A stretch of DNA of 64,000 nt from the human T2T-CHM13v2.0 reference genome, Homo sapiens. Both the position numbers and the translations under genes were made by a program. Position 1 is the stretch's first letter. Every line of letters begins with the position of its first letter. A model generated the notes under the pieces. It searched no databases. It saw only the letters and a program-made list of their open reading frames with translations, and was not told the origin of the DNA. Positions 37,245 to 49,580 of the stretch are shown piece by piece. Where the stretch lies: assembly GCF_009914755.1 (NCBI RefSeq), contig NC_060930.1; one strand, given 5' to 3'.

Positions 37245-38892
37245 TTAATCTCTTATTTTTCCTATTTGACTTCTTAAAAAGGGTGGCATTGCCAAGAATT
37301 TTCTTTGATATGGTTTCACAATTGTATTCACCTTCTCTCCATTCTGAGACTTATCCATAAGAATACTCACTTTAATCCGACTTCTACTGCATGGTTGGAA
37401 AAGAAGATACGCAATAACTCTTTCAAACTCCTTTATCTCTTTTACTCTCTCATGCTTCTCATATGTAAGTAGCTGGCTCTGGCTTCTTCTCAAGATTCTC
37501 TCCTTGAGTCTTTGTTCTGCAAGTTCTCTCCCTCGAATCATGCGTTCCTGGTGATCCTTAGTCTGCATCTGTTCCCTCTCATTTACCTGCTTTCTTCTCT
37601 GTGCGTTCTGGATGCCATGCCCTTCTGGCATAATTTTTGGTAATTTTGTTTCATTGGGGGGTTGTAGTACTTGTCTAAATGGTTTGTTCTTAAATTCTCC
37701 AGCCTTTCCTGTTTGATGTATGTGCCTTTCTATGTGTTTCATCTCTCTCTCAGGTACCAAACAGTACTGTTTTAGTCCTTCTACGCTCTGGGTTGTTTTC
37801 TCCTCCATTTTTTTCTAGATTTCATTGCCTGTCTCTTCTTTCATCATTTCCACTATTATTTTATTATAATAAGACTCTGCTTTGGCAAGCCAGTAGTCAA
37901 GAGAAACAGCTTGCTCCCTACAGAGTATTTCACACTCCTCCTGATATTTCTGCATTATCAACTGTCTTGCTGCTGTTGTATGCACACCACCTAGATTCTG
38001 TCAAAATGAAGTCAGAAATTTATAATGTGATCATCTTTTTCCTTTGAACACATTTAAACAGGAGCCAAGCCCACCCTCCCTAATGACACCAGGAAAAGCT
38101 ACATGCTCTTTACTTTAGCTTAGTTGTTATTTTATTCCCATCACTCCCAGGTGAGCCTGGGAGCTCTGAAAGTATTAAGTACTCACCACCACAAATCAGT
38201 AACTAGGTTTAAAAATGTATGGTGTTGGAAGTTTCCAAAAATGATACTTTGTTTTGCAACTGTGGATATAGCTGGGTAACATTTGCCAGTGTAGACATAC
38301 TACCTGAATGTGTCACTTGGGCAGAAGGATTTTAAACCTAAGATTCCTTCTCTGTGTAGTTCCAAACTGTATGATGTGAAGATAATTTACTTACCAAGAT
38401 CTTTTTTTCCAGTGGAGACTGCTGACCTGCAGCAATCCTAGGATCTTTAGATGATGTACCCCAGGCCAATCTGGAAGATAAAAAAGGCAAGGTAGATTCA
38501 AATGTAGGAGGTGTCAGAACAAATCTGCTAATAGGGAGGACTACAGCAGGGCCATTTCCCCCATGGGAAACCACTGCATTCCTATGGTAGAAAATAATGA
38601 ATGCTCTTTTAATAAGAGGATCTTTCCTTTCATATGAACAAGCATACTTTTCCTGTGGACTCAGCGTGAACCACTGTGAATCTCGTATTGGGGATTGTGA
38701 GTGGGAAGAGACATGCTCCTTGGTGAGGTGTTGTCCAAGTACATCTATGTCAGTCTGCTCAGTCCTCAAGCCTCCTTTGTGTTCTGAGACGATTGTAGGT
38801 TCTAGTTTTCTAGACGATTCTAGGTTTCTAGTTTTCTCTTCCTGCAGTTTCTTGATCCGGGCCCTCTCTGACTCTATCAGCACATACAGCAT
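37245..38892 (-). pseudogene. POLR1HASP: Coding remnant of POLR1HASP (ZNRD1ASP/C6orf12): 3 exons, 358 codons, one internal TAG
   Basis: join(38892-38648, 38470-38395, 37997-37245); donors AA|GTATGC and TTG|GTAAGT; acceptors TTTTTTATCTTCCAG and TTCATTTTGACAG; phases compatible; TAG at 37817-37815; minus-strand AATAAA at 36908-36903. Name assigned from position antisense and upstream of POLR1H. Confidence 0.85.
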
Positions 38893-40999
38893 TTCTGCCC
38901 TCTAATCTTTTGTTCTGAAATTCTGTTATTTGACTGCTCAGCCCTCTGCTTGCCTGACTAACAATGCCAATCATCCTTCACTCTAAATCCATTATGAGAC
39001 TATTCCCTGTTGAACCCCTCAGGATGGCAATTTGTGGTTACTCTGGGTTTATTTATAGAGGAGGCTGATGGCAACACAAATGAAAACTATCATCTTTTAT
39101 GTGTCATCCCTGGTCTAGCCTGAGTTTACTGTGATGTCGTATTTAAGCCACTGAGGATGCCTGGCATTTCCTCTGTATGTCTTTTATACCATTTAGAGTT
39201 CAAAGGATGGTCTTTACAGTCTGACAGAGCTAGATCTGAAATCTAATTCTACCACTTCCTAGGTGTGTGACTCAGGGCAAGTAACTTCTGTCAGCTTTCT
39301 CATCTATAAAATGGAGATGTAAGACAAAAATCTGCCTCTCAGGGTTATAAAGAACAAATATGAATTAGATGTAAAGAGCTTGGTAAGTTCTCAATAAATT
39401 CTATCTATCTGTCCTTCACAGGTCAAGCTCCTGATTATAAAGTCTTTCCAGTCTACTCTGTCAGTGATCTTCCCTTCCTCTAAATACTTGACATATTTTA
39501 ATTCTACAACTCATTTGAAAATTAATCGTGGTTTACACTGTGATATCTGTATTCACATATCACTTTTAACATTTTGATGCTGAAATTTAGGCTCATAAGG
39601 AATGAAAACTGTAATTTATATCTACAAATATGATGCCTCTATATTGTTGGAAAGGATCTGATATCAAATATTTGGTCTCACTGACCTCTTAGGAACATTC
39701 TTATTTGTCTACGTAAGCTTATTTTGAGATTGTAAACGTATGATCATCTTACTTTTACTTCTCTGTACATGGCTTCTAGCACAATACTTAACATTAGAGT
39801 CTGTGATCCCAAGTTCTCAAAATTAATGATTTGCTGATTGCTGATGATCCTTGACACATAATATCTGAGCATCTTTTTTAAATATCTGCCATAACATTGT
39901 ATCTATTTTTATTAAGCCATTTCCCAGTCTTCCTTGAAGTTTACAGATATGTTTGCTTTATATGCATGTTCTGGGCTCTCACATTTTGTACCTACTAGCA
40001 CAGTTTTATTATATTCTAATTATTCATTCATGTTCCTTGAGGTCAGAGAACACAGATTTCAACTTTGCAGGCTCAGCCTCAGCTCAAAACCTGGCATAGT
40101 TGCTCAATAAATCTTTACTGATTAGACTGTGAGCTTTTGTTGGGAAAAGGATATGCCTTTTAATGCTTTGTTCCTTTACTGCAATTCACAGGGGATGTTG
40201 GCTGTTTTTCAAATTAAAAACAGAAAACTGAGGAGGGTAGAATTTCAAGTTCCATTTTCAAAGGAGACACACAGATAAGTGAGAATAAAAACTGTCTACG
40301 ACAATCAGCTCAACAACACGTCTCCCTTTGTAAGACAGAATAACAAGCAATTTCACAGTTAAGTGATAGGGCTTGTCACTCTTCAGCAGTTTGCTGAGTT
40401 TTAACCCTTTCACTATGGCGTTCTCTCCATTATTACAGAGAAAGGCAGATGGGAGCCTCTCCCAGCGAAAAGACTACAGCTTGTGTCCTTCATAGGAGAA
40501 AACAGTGATGGCTCCAGAACTTTTATATGAATGAACTTAGCACAGCTATCAGAGTGGATGGTGGTGGGAGGGCTAGCAGGAAACTAGTAAACAACTACAA
40601 GCTGCCCCTTCAGGGAAAGTTTCTACTTGGAATATAAGTTACAGATTAATGAAAATAGAAAGATTTCCCAAAGATACTTATTCTCATGTTTTATAAAAGA
40701 TCAGGGAAATGTCAGCTGTCCACTTAACGGATGACATAATGAATTAAGAGTTCGATAGGCGGCAGGCACAACTAAAAGCCAAACTCGACCTAAGTCTTAT
40801 GAAATCCTACTTAATGAGCTTTCTTGACTACTGCTAGCCTCACTTATCTGGCAGGAGTCGAAGGAGAGGAAGCCCCAAGCTCCTCTGTTCCACCACCTCC
40901 AAAGTCCTGAACCCCTTCTCAAGTGTACCACTTCATCCCTGCTTCCTTTCGTCCCGTGGGACTAAGCATTCCTCGGGCCTTCACTCTCACCACTTGCTG

Positions 41000-41800
41000 T
41001 CCCTCAAAAAGCCGACTCACCCCTTTCCAAGCGCAGTGAACCGTCCGCAAAGCACGAGGCCGGTTGCGAGCTGCAGAAAGCCCACGCTCGCCAGCGGGAC
41101 CCAAGGAACGCTAGAACTATACGTCCCAGAACACTTAGCTTTGTTTTTAACTACGGTGCAGCCGCAAAAGGGAAATACCGGCTCAGGACCCAGGGGAGTT
41201 GTAGTTCTCTAATCCAAAGAAATCATTATTTGGCAACGTACGGTTTTCAGGGGGATATACCCCGCGACTGCGTTCCTGTAGGATGTGAGACAAAGAGAAT
41301 AAATATCCCAGGATTGGGTGCTGGTGGGAAAATCTGCTGGAAGCGCAGCATTGGTTACCAATTTTGTGCTCAACCTCTCAGTACCAGGGTGAAAGTGGAG
41401 ACGCAATCTCCCTTGGAAGACGTTAGTCTCCATCTCTAACGCTCCCGAGACACGGTTCGCAATTAATTATGACGTCACAGCCAATCGTCAACGCGAAAGC
41501 CTGACGCTCTAGCCGGCTCTATCTCGCTGCCCCGCCGCGGGCGCAGAGCTGGCGCTCTAGCCCACGGAGTTGGTTAACTCCTCTCACCGGCCCCTGGAAA
41601 GGGTTCCAAGTCCTTTAGTACCCGACGCTGTCTGGGAATTCCGGGCGTTTCGGCTCCTTGGTCGCAGAGGCAGGAGGCGTGCGTGGCAGGAGGGTTCGGG
41701 TTATATACTCCTAGGTCCTGGGACAGAATAGTTACGACCTCTGGGACAGGAACTCTTCTCTCTTTTGTTAATAAACTTCCAACTCCCTCCTCAGACCCGA
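41000..41800. promoter_or_regulatory. CpG-rich bidirectional promoter of POLR1H / POLR1HASP
   Basis: High CpG density; palindromic CRE TGACGTCA at 41470-41477; CCAAT at 41481-41485; ZNF143-like ACTATACGTCCCAGAA at 41116-41131 and ACTACAACTCCC on the minus strand at about 41194-41205. Confidence 0.8.
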
Positions 41801-41804
41801 CCGC

Positions 41805-41949
41805 ATGTCTGTCATGGACCTCGCCAATACTTGCTCCAGCTTTCAGTCGGACCTGGATTTCTGTTCAGATTGCGGCTCGGTCCTGCCTCTGCCCGGGGCT
41901 CAGGATACGGTCACCTGTATTCGCTGTGGCTTCAACATCAACGTTCGGG
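41805..41949 (+). CDS. POLR1H: RNA polymerase I subunit RPA12 (ZNRD1), coding exon 1
   Basis: MSVMDLANTC...FCSDC...CIRCGFNINVR N-terminal zinc ribbon; donor G|GTGAGA. Full CDS join(41805-41949, 42197-42297, 42504-42613, 44947-44971) = 381 nt, 126 aa. Confidence 0.97.
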
Positions 41950-42196
41950 GTGAGAGGCTTGTACGCAGGGGTCCTGGCGGAGGGCGCAGGGTCGGAAGCT
42001 TGGGGAACTCAAGATCGGTTGGGTTGAGGAGGGGATCCTAGAGCAGGACATCAGGCGGTTGTACATTTGGTCTAGCGATGAAAACTGAGGGAAAGGATGT
42101 AGGGCCTCCTGGCCTAACCAGCCAGGGGAAAGGGGAGGTTTCCGGTGTCAGCTGTCTCTGGTTGTCTCCATAACCAGTTCTTACTTGCCTGTGCAG

Positions 42197-42297
42197 ACTT
42201 TGAGGGGAAGGTTGTGAAGACTTCGGTTGTGTTCCACCAACTGGGGACAGCCATGCCTATGTCGGTGGAGGAAGGGCCTGAGTGCCAGGGACCTGTG
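42197..42297 (+). CDS. POLR1H: RPA12 coding exon 2
   Basis: TGCAG|AC TTT GAG (DFEGKVVKTSVVFHQLG...ECQGPV)|GTAAGC. Confidence 0.96.
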
Positions 42298-42503
42298 GTA
42301 AGCTAATGAGATCAAGAACTGGCTCCATAAGGTGGGTAGGAAAGAAATGGAGGAGTGATTGCAAAGCTCTGGAGAGTTTTGTGCCCAATTCCAAGAGGGA
42401 AAAGAGATGTAAACCATCGACGTTTGAGAGGCGTGATCGCCTGATTCCTGTGGGAAGTAAGGGGATATGACCAGGCCTCCCTAACCCACCAGTTTCTTCC
42501 CAG

Positions 42504-42613
42504 GTTGACAGGCGCTGCCCTCGATGTGGTCATGAAGGAATGGCATACCACACCAGACAGATGCGTTCAGCCGATGAAGGGCAAACTGTCTTCTACACCT
42601 GTACCAACTGCAA
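42504..42613 (+). CDS. POLR1H: RPA12 coding exon 3 (TFIIS-like zinc ribbon)
   Basis: [36 protein letters not shown]; AG/GT boundaries. Confidence 0.97.
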
Positions 42614-42823
42614 GTGGGTATTCTTTCCCCTCCCTCTGCTCAGTCTGTTTGCTAACTAAACAAATCCAGTGATTTATTTTTTTGTACGAAATGGCCGTTT
42701 CCCTTGGTCCCATCCCTTATTTCTGTGCAGTTCTGGTAATAGGGAGATTTGTAGTTGTTTTTTATTTTTTTAAGTTACACTTTTTTAAACCTTTTTATAA
42801 CCAGTGAAATAAACCTTTTAGGA

Positions 42824-43144
<321 letters not shown>

Positions 43145-44946
43145 CTACTTTTAGGATATTTAAAAGGAAATGAAGAAAAAAAAAACAACATAAGAAGCAG
43201 GTATTGTTTAGTGGTCAGCATCTTATACTGCAGTCTTCAACCGCAGTCAAGGTAGCTTTCTTTGGAGAGAATTAGTCACACATGACTTAGAGAACATGGG
43301 CTTTCTGAATGCTTTTAAGACCTCATTTTTGTCTTTGGTGTTCTGCAGTCACTATAGTATATCAAAATACGATTTTCTTTTATTCTGTTTGGGATTTGTT
43401 GGACTTTCTGAAACTGAGAGTGGACTTTTTTTTCATCAACCTTGGAAAATTATCAGCCATCATCTCTTTTAATATTCTCTTTCCCCCATGTTCTCAGTCC
43501 TCACATTCTGGACCTCGAATTAGTTACTAGAAAGAGGTTTCTCTCTTCTGTCCTCCATTTCTCTCACCTTCTTTTCATATTTTCAATTGCTGTTCTCTTT
43601 ATGCCACCTTCTGAGTAATTTCTTCAGGTCCCTCTTCCATGTCACTAATTCTGTCTTCAGTTTATTTCAAGTATTATTATTTTTTACTATTGTTATTATT
43701 TTGAGTTCTATTTAATTACTTTTCAAATCTCCTTAATTTTTAAATAATTATCAGTTCTTTAATCATATTTTAAATTGTTCCTTTTATTATTCTTTAAATA
43801 TATATTTAAAATATTAAATATGGTTATTATATTCTATGTCTCATAATTCTGATATCTGCGGATTTTGTGTGTCTGATGCTGCTGTCTTTTGTTTCTGCTG
43901 TCTCTCTCATAGTGCTTTTTTTCTTTGTTTTGTGATTTTTGACTATAAATTCGAGTTTTTTAGAACTTGAACTGTAGGAATTCTTTGAGGCCTTGGGCGA
44001 GTGCTGTATTCTCAGCATTTGTGTTTCTTTTCTAGGTGCCTTGAAGCACTATCAAGCTGGAATTACTTTAAATAAATTCTTGGCTTCATGTTTTTTGGAG
44101 CAGACAGATAGTATGAATTTGAGCTGCAAATCCATGTAAGGGCTAGCTTACAGTTAGAAATTCTCAGGAGAGAGTTTTCTCTCTTTCTACCTACTGAGAC
44201 AGTCAAATTCCCCTTCTATAGAGTTGAATTTTTTCTTTTCTTGTTCACTTTTACAAGAAAGGGCAGCCTTTTGCAGTTCCCAAATTTATGCACGGGATCT
44301 CCTATCAGACCTTATACATTTTGTCCCTCATTTCCTATGCTTCCAGTGACTGTCAAAACAGTATAAAGGGCACCATAGTGTCACTGTCACGTTTCATAGG
44401 GACATTAGTTTTAACTTCCCTGTCTGGATTTCTGGTTTTACAGAACTTTTAACCAGTGTGCAGATTGCCTTTACTTTCTTGCCATCTCATCAAAGGATTA
44501 AAAATATTCATAGTCAGATATATCTTTTAAAAGTATTTTTTTCCTATCACTGGTTGTCATTTTACCAAAAAAAAAAAAATTTTTTTTAAATAAAAAGAAG
44601 ATTTTTTTTCCCAGCGTGTGGCTTGCCTATTTTCTTAACCCTCTTTAAATGAGCAGAAGTTTTAAGTTTTTATAAGGTTCAGCTTATCCTTTTTTTTTTC
44701 TTTTACAGCTAGTGCTTTCTGTGTCCTAAGAAATCTTTGCTTTGAGGTTATAACTCATTGGATATATTTTTAATCCCAGAATTTTTAGTTGTCTTGGAAT
44801 TAGAATTGGAAGTTTGTTTAGGGGAGCCAGTCCTCAATGATGTCATAAATAAAAGTCCTTCCTTGATTATTTGATTGCATATCTTATCTTATACTACTAG
44901 AAACTCATCTTTTGGTGAATATAACAAGTCCTTTCTTTCCTCATAG

Positions 44947-44971
44947 GTTCCAGGAGAAGGAAGACTCTTGA
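44947..44971 (+). CDS. POLR1H: RPA12 last coding exon
   Basis: TTTCCTCATAG|G TTC CAG GAG AAG GAA GAC TCT TGA (KFQEKEDS*); ATTAAA poly-A signal at 45151-45156. Confidence 0.94.
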
Positions 44972-45536
44972 CCTTTTTCCTGGGCAACTCTACAGTCCCT
45001 CCCTCCTTTCGGAAGGTGAAGGATACTGGGTTTTTAGATGCCTTGTCCATCCTGTCTGGTTGCAATGTTTTGCTCCCAGAAGAGAATCAGATCATCATGT
45101 GGGGATTACCATTGTTCCTGGAGTACTCCTACCCTTAGTTGAATTTCCTTATTAAAGTTATATTTTTCTATAAGACCCTGACATATGTATGTTACTTATA
45201 ATCTGTCTTATTCCAAAAGGAATTTAAATGAGTTTCCAGAGATATATTTATATGAAAAAGAAAAGGGGGAAAAATTAGGACAAAAAAGTAGAGTCAGGAA
45301 TGAGGCTAATATAAACAAAAAGCAATTGTAAGTATTGCCATACTATTTAAATCTATTTGGTTCCTGAGTTTAGGTTAAGAAAAACTAGGAATTTGGATAG
45401 TGAGACATTTAACAGAAATTTTAACCAGATCTCTTTAGCATATAAATTTGGACAACAAAAAATCTGATACTAAGTAATGCCACTAAGTGATCACTATAGG
45501 TGAGTATTTTATTAGTATTGAGATAAATACAATACA

Positions 45537-45944
45537 CAGTTGACCCTTGAACAACACAGGTTTGAACTGCTTGAGTCTACATATATGTGGATTTTCTTCT
45601 ACTTCTGAGACCCATAAGATAGCAGCACATTTAAGCCCTCCTTTTCCTCCTCCTGAGCCTACTCAACATGAAAATGTGATCCACTTCTACTTAATGAATA
45701 GTAAATATATTTTCTTTTCCTTATGATTTTCTTAATAATGTTTTCTCTAGCTTACTTGATTGTAAGATTATATGTATTATAAGTATATAATACATATACA
45801 AAATATGTGTTAATCAACGGTTTATGTTATTGGTAAGGCATCTGGTCAACAGTAAAGTTTTGGGGGAGTCAAAAGTTATATATGGATTTTTGGCTGTTCA
45901 GAGGGTCAGCACCCCTTACCCCCATGTTGTTCAAGGATGAATTG
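45537..45944. mobile_element. TcMar-Tigger non-autonomous element (Tigger2a/MER28-like)
   Basis: TIRs CAGTTGACCCTTGAACAACA and TGTTGTTCAAGGATGAATTG, followed by TA. Confidence 0.8.
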
Positions 45945-47129
45945 TATATCTATTATAATAGATTCTTATATAGAAAGAAAGAAAAAAGTAAAGTCACAAG
46001 GAATCCTACTCCACAGAGATAACCAAATTATACTGTATATCTGTGCTTGTGTATATGTATGTGGCTCTGTATATGTGTGTTGCTATATATGTGTTTGGTT
46101 TTTTTAATGGACTAGACATGCTGAACTATATCTTGCTTTTTTCTGTTTGAACTAAAAACTTTCAAGGGGAACAAATGCATACTCAGGTCCCGCATTCCTT
46201 GGCTCAAATAGTGATCAAGGGGTTACTGTAATAATTATCATATAATTGTGTGGCCCTTTATATATATTCAGAGCTCTCAAACATAGCTATCTTGTTTGAC
46301 CCCCACAGCAACCTGGAGAATGGGCAGGGCAGTCTTCCCCACTGTACGTTTGAACTGTTCTGGCAGTTGACTTTCCTGACCCACTCCTGAAATCTGAAAC
46401 AAACCTGTTCATGTTTCTACCCTACTTTAAGCCTTTCTCTGGCCCATAACAGTGATTGGATTAAGCTTAATTTCTTAGCAAAGCATACAGGTTCTTCCAT
46501 ATAACCACTGCCTACCTGTCAAGCTTCATCTGGCACTCCCTCAGATCCAAGCGGTACAAAACTCCATTTCCTGTAGTGCACACATCTACAACTTTTTAAG
46601 CTGCTCTTCTAAAAAAACCTACTTGTCGGCCTTCCTGGTTCTTGTTTTACCACTTTCTTTTGCTCTCTAAGAAACGTGCATATATTTTTATAAAATAGCC
46701 TATACTGTAATTTACGACCATTTCTCTGCTTCATCCTACTCATCACCCCAGAGAGAACGAATATGTTGGCAGTATGTAACTACATTCAGATTTACAAATC
46801 AGACATGGCATTTGTTAATGCCCCAGTGTTTCATATTTTTGTTAGTTTTCAGCATGCCTGTCTTTCCTACTAGAGCTAAAAGGCAGGGTCTGAGCGTCTT
46901 ACGCGCCTCCATCTTCAAGGCGTAGCACAGTGACTGAAAAAAACTGACGTTGAACGTGCACTAAACTGAACTGCTCAAACACCTACAGGCACAGGGCGAG
47001 GGGTAGAACCACATCGCTTGACTCTTAAGTGTGTTTCCAACTGCTCCCACTTCCCGTTTTCTTTAGAGAAACCCAGACCAAACAAGGAAAGGGAAATAGG
47101 CCACGGTAGGGTCATTACTATTGCTCCTT

Positions 47130-47684
47130 AAGCTTCCTCGCCGGTCCACCTACCCAGACAAGGCAAACGGAAATCTGCAGCAGGACTCAGCTTGGTGCAC
47201 ACAACTCCGCCCTCGCCACACCCACTCTGCAGCGTCTGGCCCGGCAATACCCATCTGGGCGCCCCTCCTGCTTCCTCTAGGCTGTGAGTACGCGTGCTGC
47301 CCCAGACTCTCCCTCCTCCACCCACACCCGCAGTGACACCCCTTCCGCCAAATTTGTTTCTCTTTCTTTCAGCGCCTGCGCGCTGTCACGTTACGGCGGA
47401 ACTAATCCAGCGACGCCTGCGCTTTGACGCATTTGGTGCCGTGGAAGGGAAAAAGGGGGACTGCAGTATGCGTCACACCCGGAAGCGGCGAGCCGGAAGT
47501 GGGGTTAGCCAGGTTATCCCCAGGGGTGGAGAAGCGGAGGCCCAGGAGGAGGGGGAATAAAGAAGGTGGAGGATCCTGGCTACCACTCTGAATCCGATAC
47601 CGCTTCTCTTAGACCTCAGCGACAGAAAAAGGGAAGGGTGTCTCATCCCCCTTCCTCCTCTCCTCCCTGTCCTGAGCCTTAGCC
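47130..47684 (+). promoter_or_regulatory. PPP1R11 CpG-island promoter and 5' UTR
   Basis: CpG-rich; tandem ETS/GABP sites CCGGAAG at 47479-47485 and CCGGAAGT at 47493-47500; NRF1-like GCGCCTGCGC at about 47372; half-CREs. Confidence 0.75.
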
Positions 47685-47753
47685 ATGGCCGAGGCAGGGG
47701 CTGGGCTGAGCGAGACCGTCACTGAGACAACGGTTACCGTGACAACCGAGCCC
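47685..47753 (+). CDS. PPP1R11: Protein phosphatase 1 inhibitor-3, coding exon 1
   Basis: Strong Kozak GCCATGG; MAEAGAGLSETVTETTVTVTTEP|GTGAGA. Full CDS join(47685-47753, 48864-48972, 49378-49580) = 381 nt, 126 aa. Confidence 0.97.
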
Positions 47754-48863
47754 GTGAGAAAGGCGGGGGGGCGGTGCTGTTTAGGGGTCTGGGAGATACT
47801 GGGAGGGAGGGGACAGGGATTAGAAGAGTTGTTGGAGGAGCTAGGCCTAGGGATATGGGAGGTGTGGGGTTGAATATCTAGGGCTGGGAGAATCGGAAGG
47901 TATTGGAGCTATTTGGAGTGGCAGAGATGGTGCAGGAGGCAGGTCAAGGAACTTGTAATAGGGAGGTACAGTTAGGATATAGGTGTTGCTGCTTGGGGTG
48001 GTTATGTGTGTAAGTAATAAACGAAAGGGAAATTGAGGATTAAGGAGCCAGGAAGATGTTGGGAGGAAATCAAAGGTAGTGTAAGAAAGCATGGTTGGAG
48101 GCCAACTTATCAATATTATCAATATTGATATTCGAATAAATATTTATTGAATGGATGAATGTAAAAGGAAGTGGCAGGAATGAGGAAACAAGAAAAGGAG
48201 ATGAAAAGAGGTATTTTGAGAAATCAGAGAGCAAAGATGTAAATGGAGAAACAAGAAGTATTTATCCAAAAACATGTTAAGTTGCCTTCAAAGGGAGAAG
48301 GTTGCATTGGGCTTAATACTCTTGGATTAAAGGAAGTTTAGTAATTAATAGATTAGTAATACTTGCTACTAGAGATGCCAGGATGCCAGAGAATAGGTGG
48401 ATAAGAGGTAGGGAGGGCTGGAGCTTGAGAATGAGAGAGGTTTTGTTTGTTTTTTTAAGAGAAAAAGAATAGGGGATCTGGAAAAAGGAAGGGAGATCAA
48501 AGATTAGGTGCTGGGGACTGAAAAATAATTTTCATGTATTAATACTACCAAGGATGATTTGGGGAGGAAGACGGAGAAACAGCAAGGATTATATTTTCCT
48601 TTGAAGAGTTGCTGGGACCTTTCCTAGGTTAGGAATTGTGTCTTCTCTTATACTGGTGGTATAAGAACAGGAAATAATACTTATTCCTCAAGGGACTATC
48701 TGAGGTAAAAGACCTGTTCTGTTTTATCTTCTGTCAGCTCCTCTGGTGCTATGCCTATGGTACTGATTGAGCTAAAGAAGAAAAGAGAGGAGGTTCCCTG
48801 GGAGGGAGTGGGAAAGGTTAGTAAGAGGGGACTAGATAGGTATGCTCATCCTTAACCTTCTAG

Positions 48864-48972
48864 GAGAACCGGAGCCTTACCATCAAACTTCGGAAACGGA
48901 AGCCAGAGAAAAAGGTAGAATGGACAAGTGACACTGTGGACAATGAACACATGGGCCGCCGCTCATCCAAAT
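48864..48972 (+). CDS. PPP1R11: PPP1R11 coding exon 2 (RVxF-type motif KKVEW)
   Basis: TTCTAG|[36 protein letters not shown]|GTGAGT. Confidence 0.97.
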
Positions 48973-49377
48973 GTGAGTAATTGTTGGCCCGCAGTAGCCC
49001 TGGAGTTCTGGCTCCCTTCAGCATATCTTGTATCTACTCATATCCACTGGCTTTCCAGAAGCCCCCAGATGTTCATAGTTCTGTCACTTTTTTGGTGGTG
49101 CTGTGGTATCAGGGAAAGAGGTAGGGAAGGGCTAGAACTGGAATTGCCTAGGTCTGACAGCAAGAAGTGTCAGAGGTGGGAGAAGTGGGGCTTTGAATTC
49201 GTGGCTCTCTAAGAGGACAAGAGGGGTGGGGCCTGAGTCCCAGAGGGTGGGCCTGGGGAAGCTGGATCCTGGAAGGTAGGAGAAAATAGGAATTTTCACT
49301 GAGTTTGAGTGGGAATGGAACTGACTATATATCTTACCCTTCCTCCTCTTTAACTGGGCTCCTCCCTCTAAATCTAG

Positions 49378-49580
49378 GCTGCTGTATTTATGAGAAACCT
49401 CGGGCCTTTGGCGAGAGCTCCACGGAAAGTGATGAGGAGGAAGAAGAGGGCTGTGGTCATACACACTGTGTACGTGGCCACCGCAAAGGACGGCGTCGTG
49501 CAACCCTAGGACCGACCCCCACCACCCCTCCCCAGCCTCCTGACCCTTCCCAGCCCCCTCCAGGGCCAATGCAGCACTAA
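49378..49580 (+). CDS. PPP1R11: PPP1R11 coding exon 3
   Basis: [25 protein letters not shown]...PPGPMQH*; 3' UTR runs to AATAAA at 50584-50589. Confidence 0.97.

Noticed and set aside
38338-38892. 184-aa ORF as a single-exon protein
   Set aside because: It reads through a GT-AG intron and past the strong GTAAGT donor at 38394; better explained as exons A and B of POLR1HASP.
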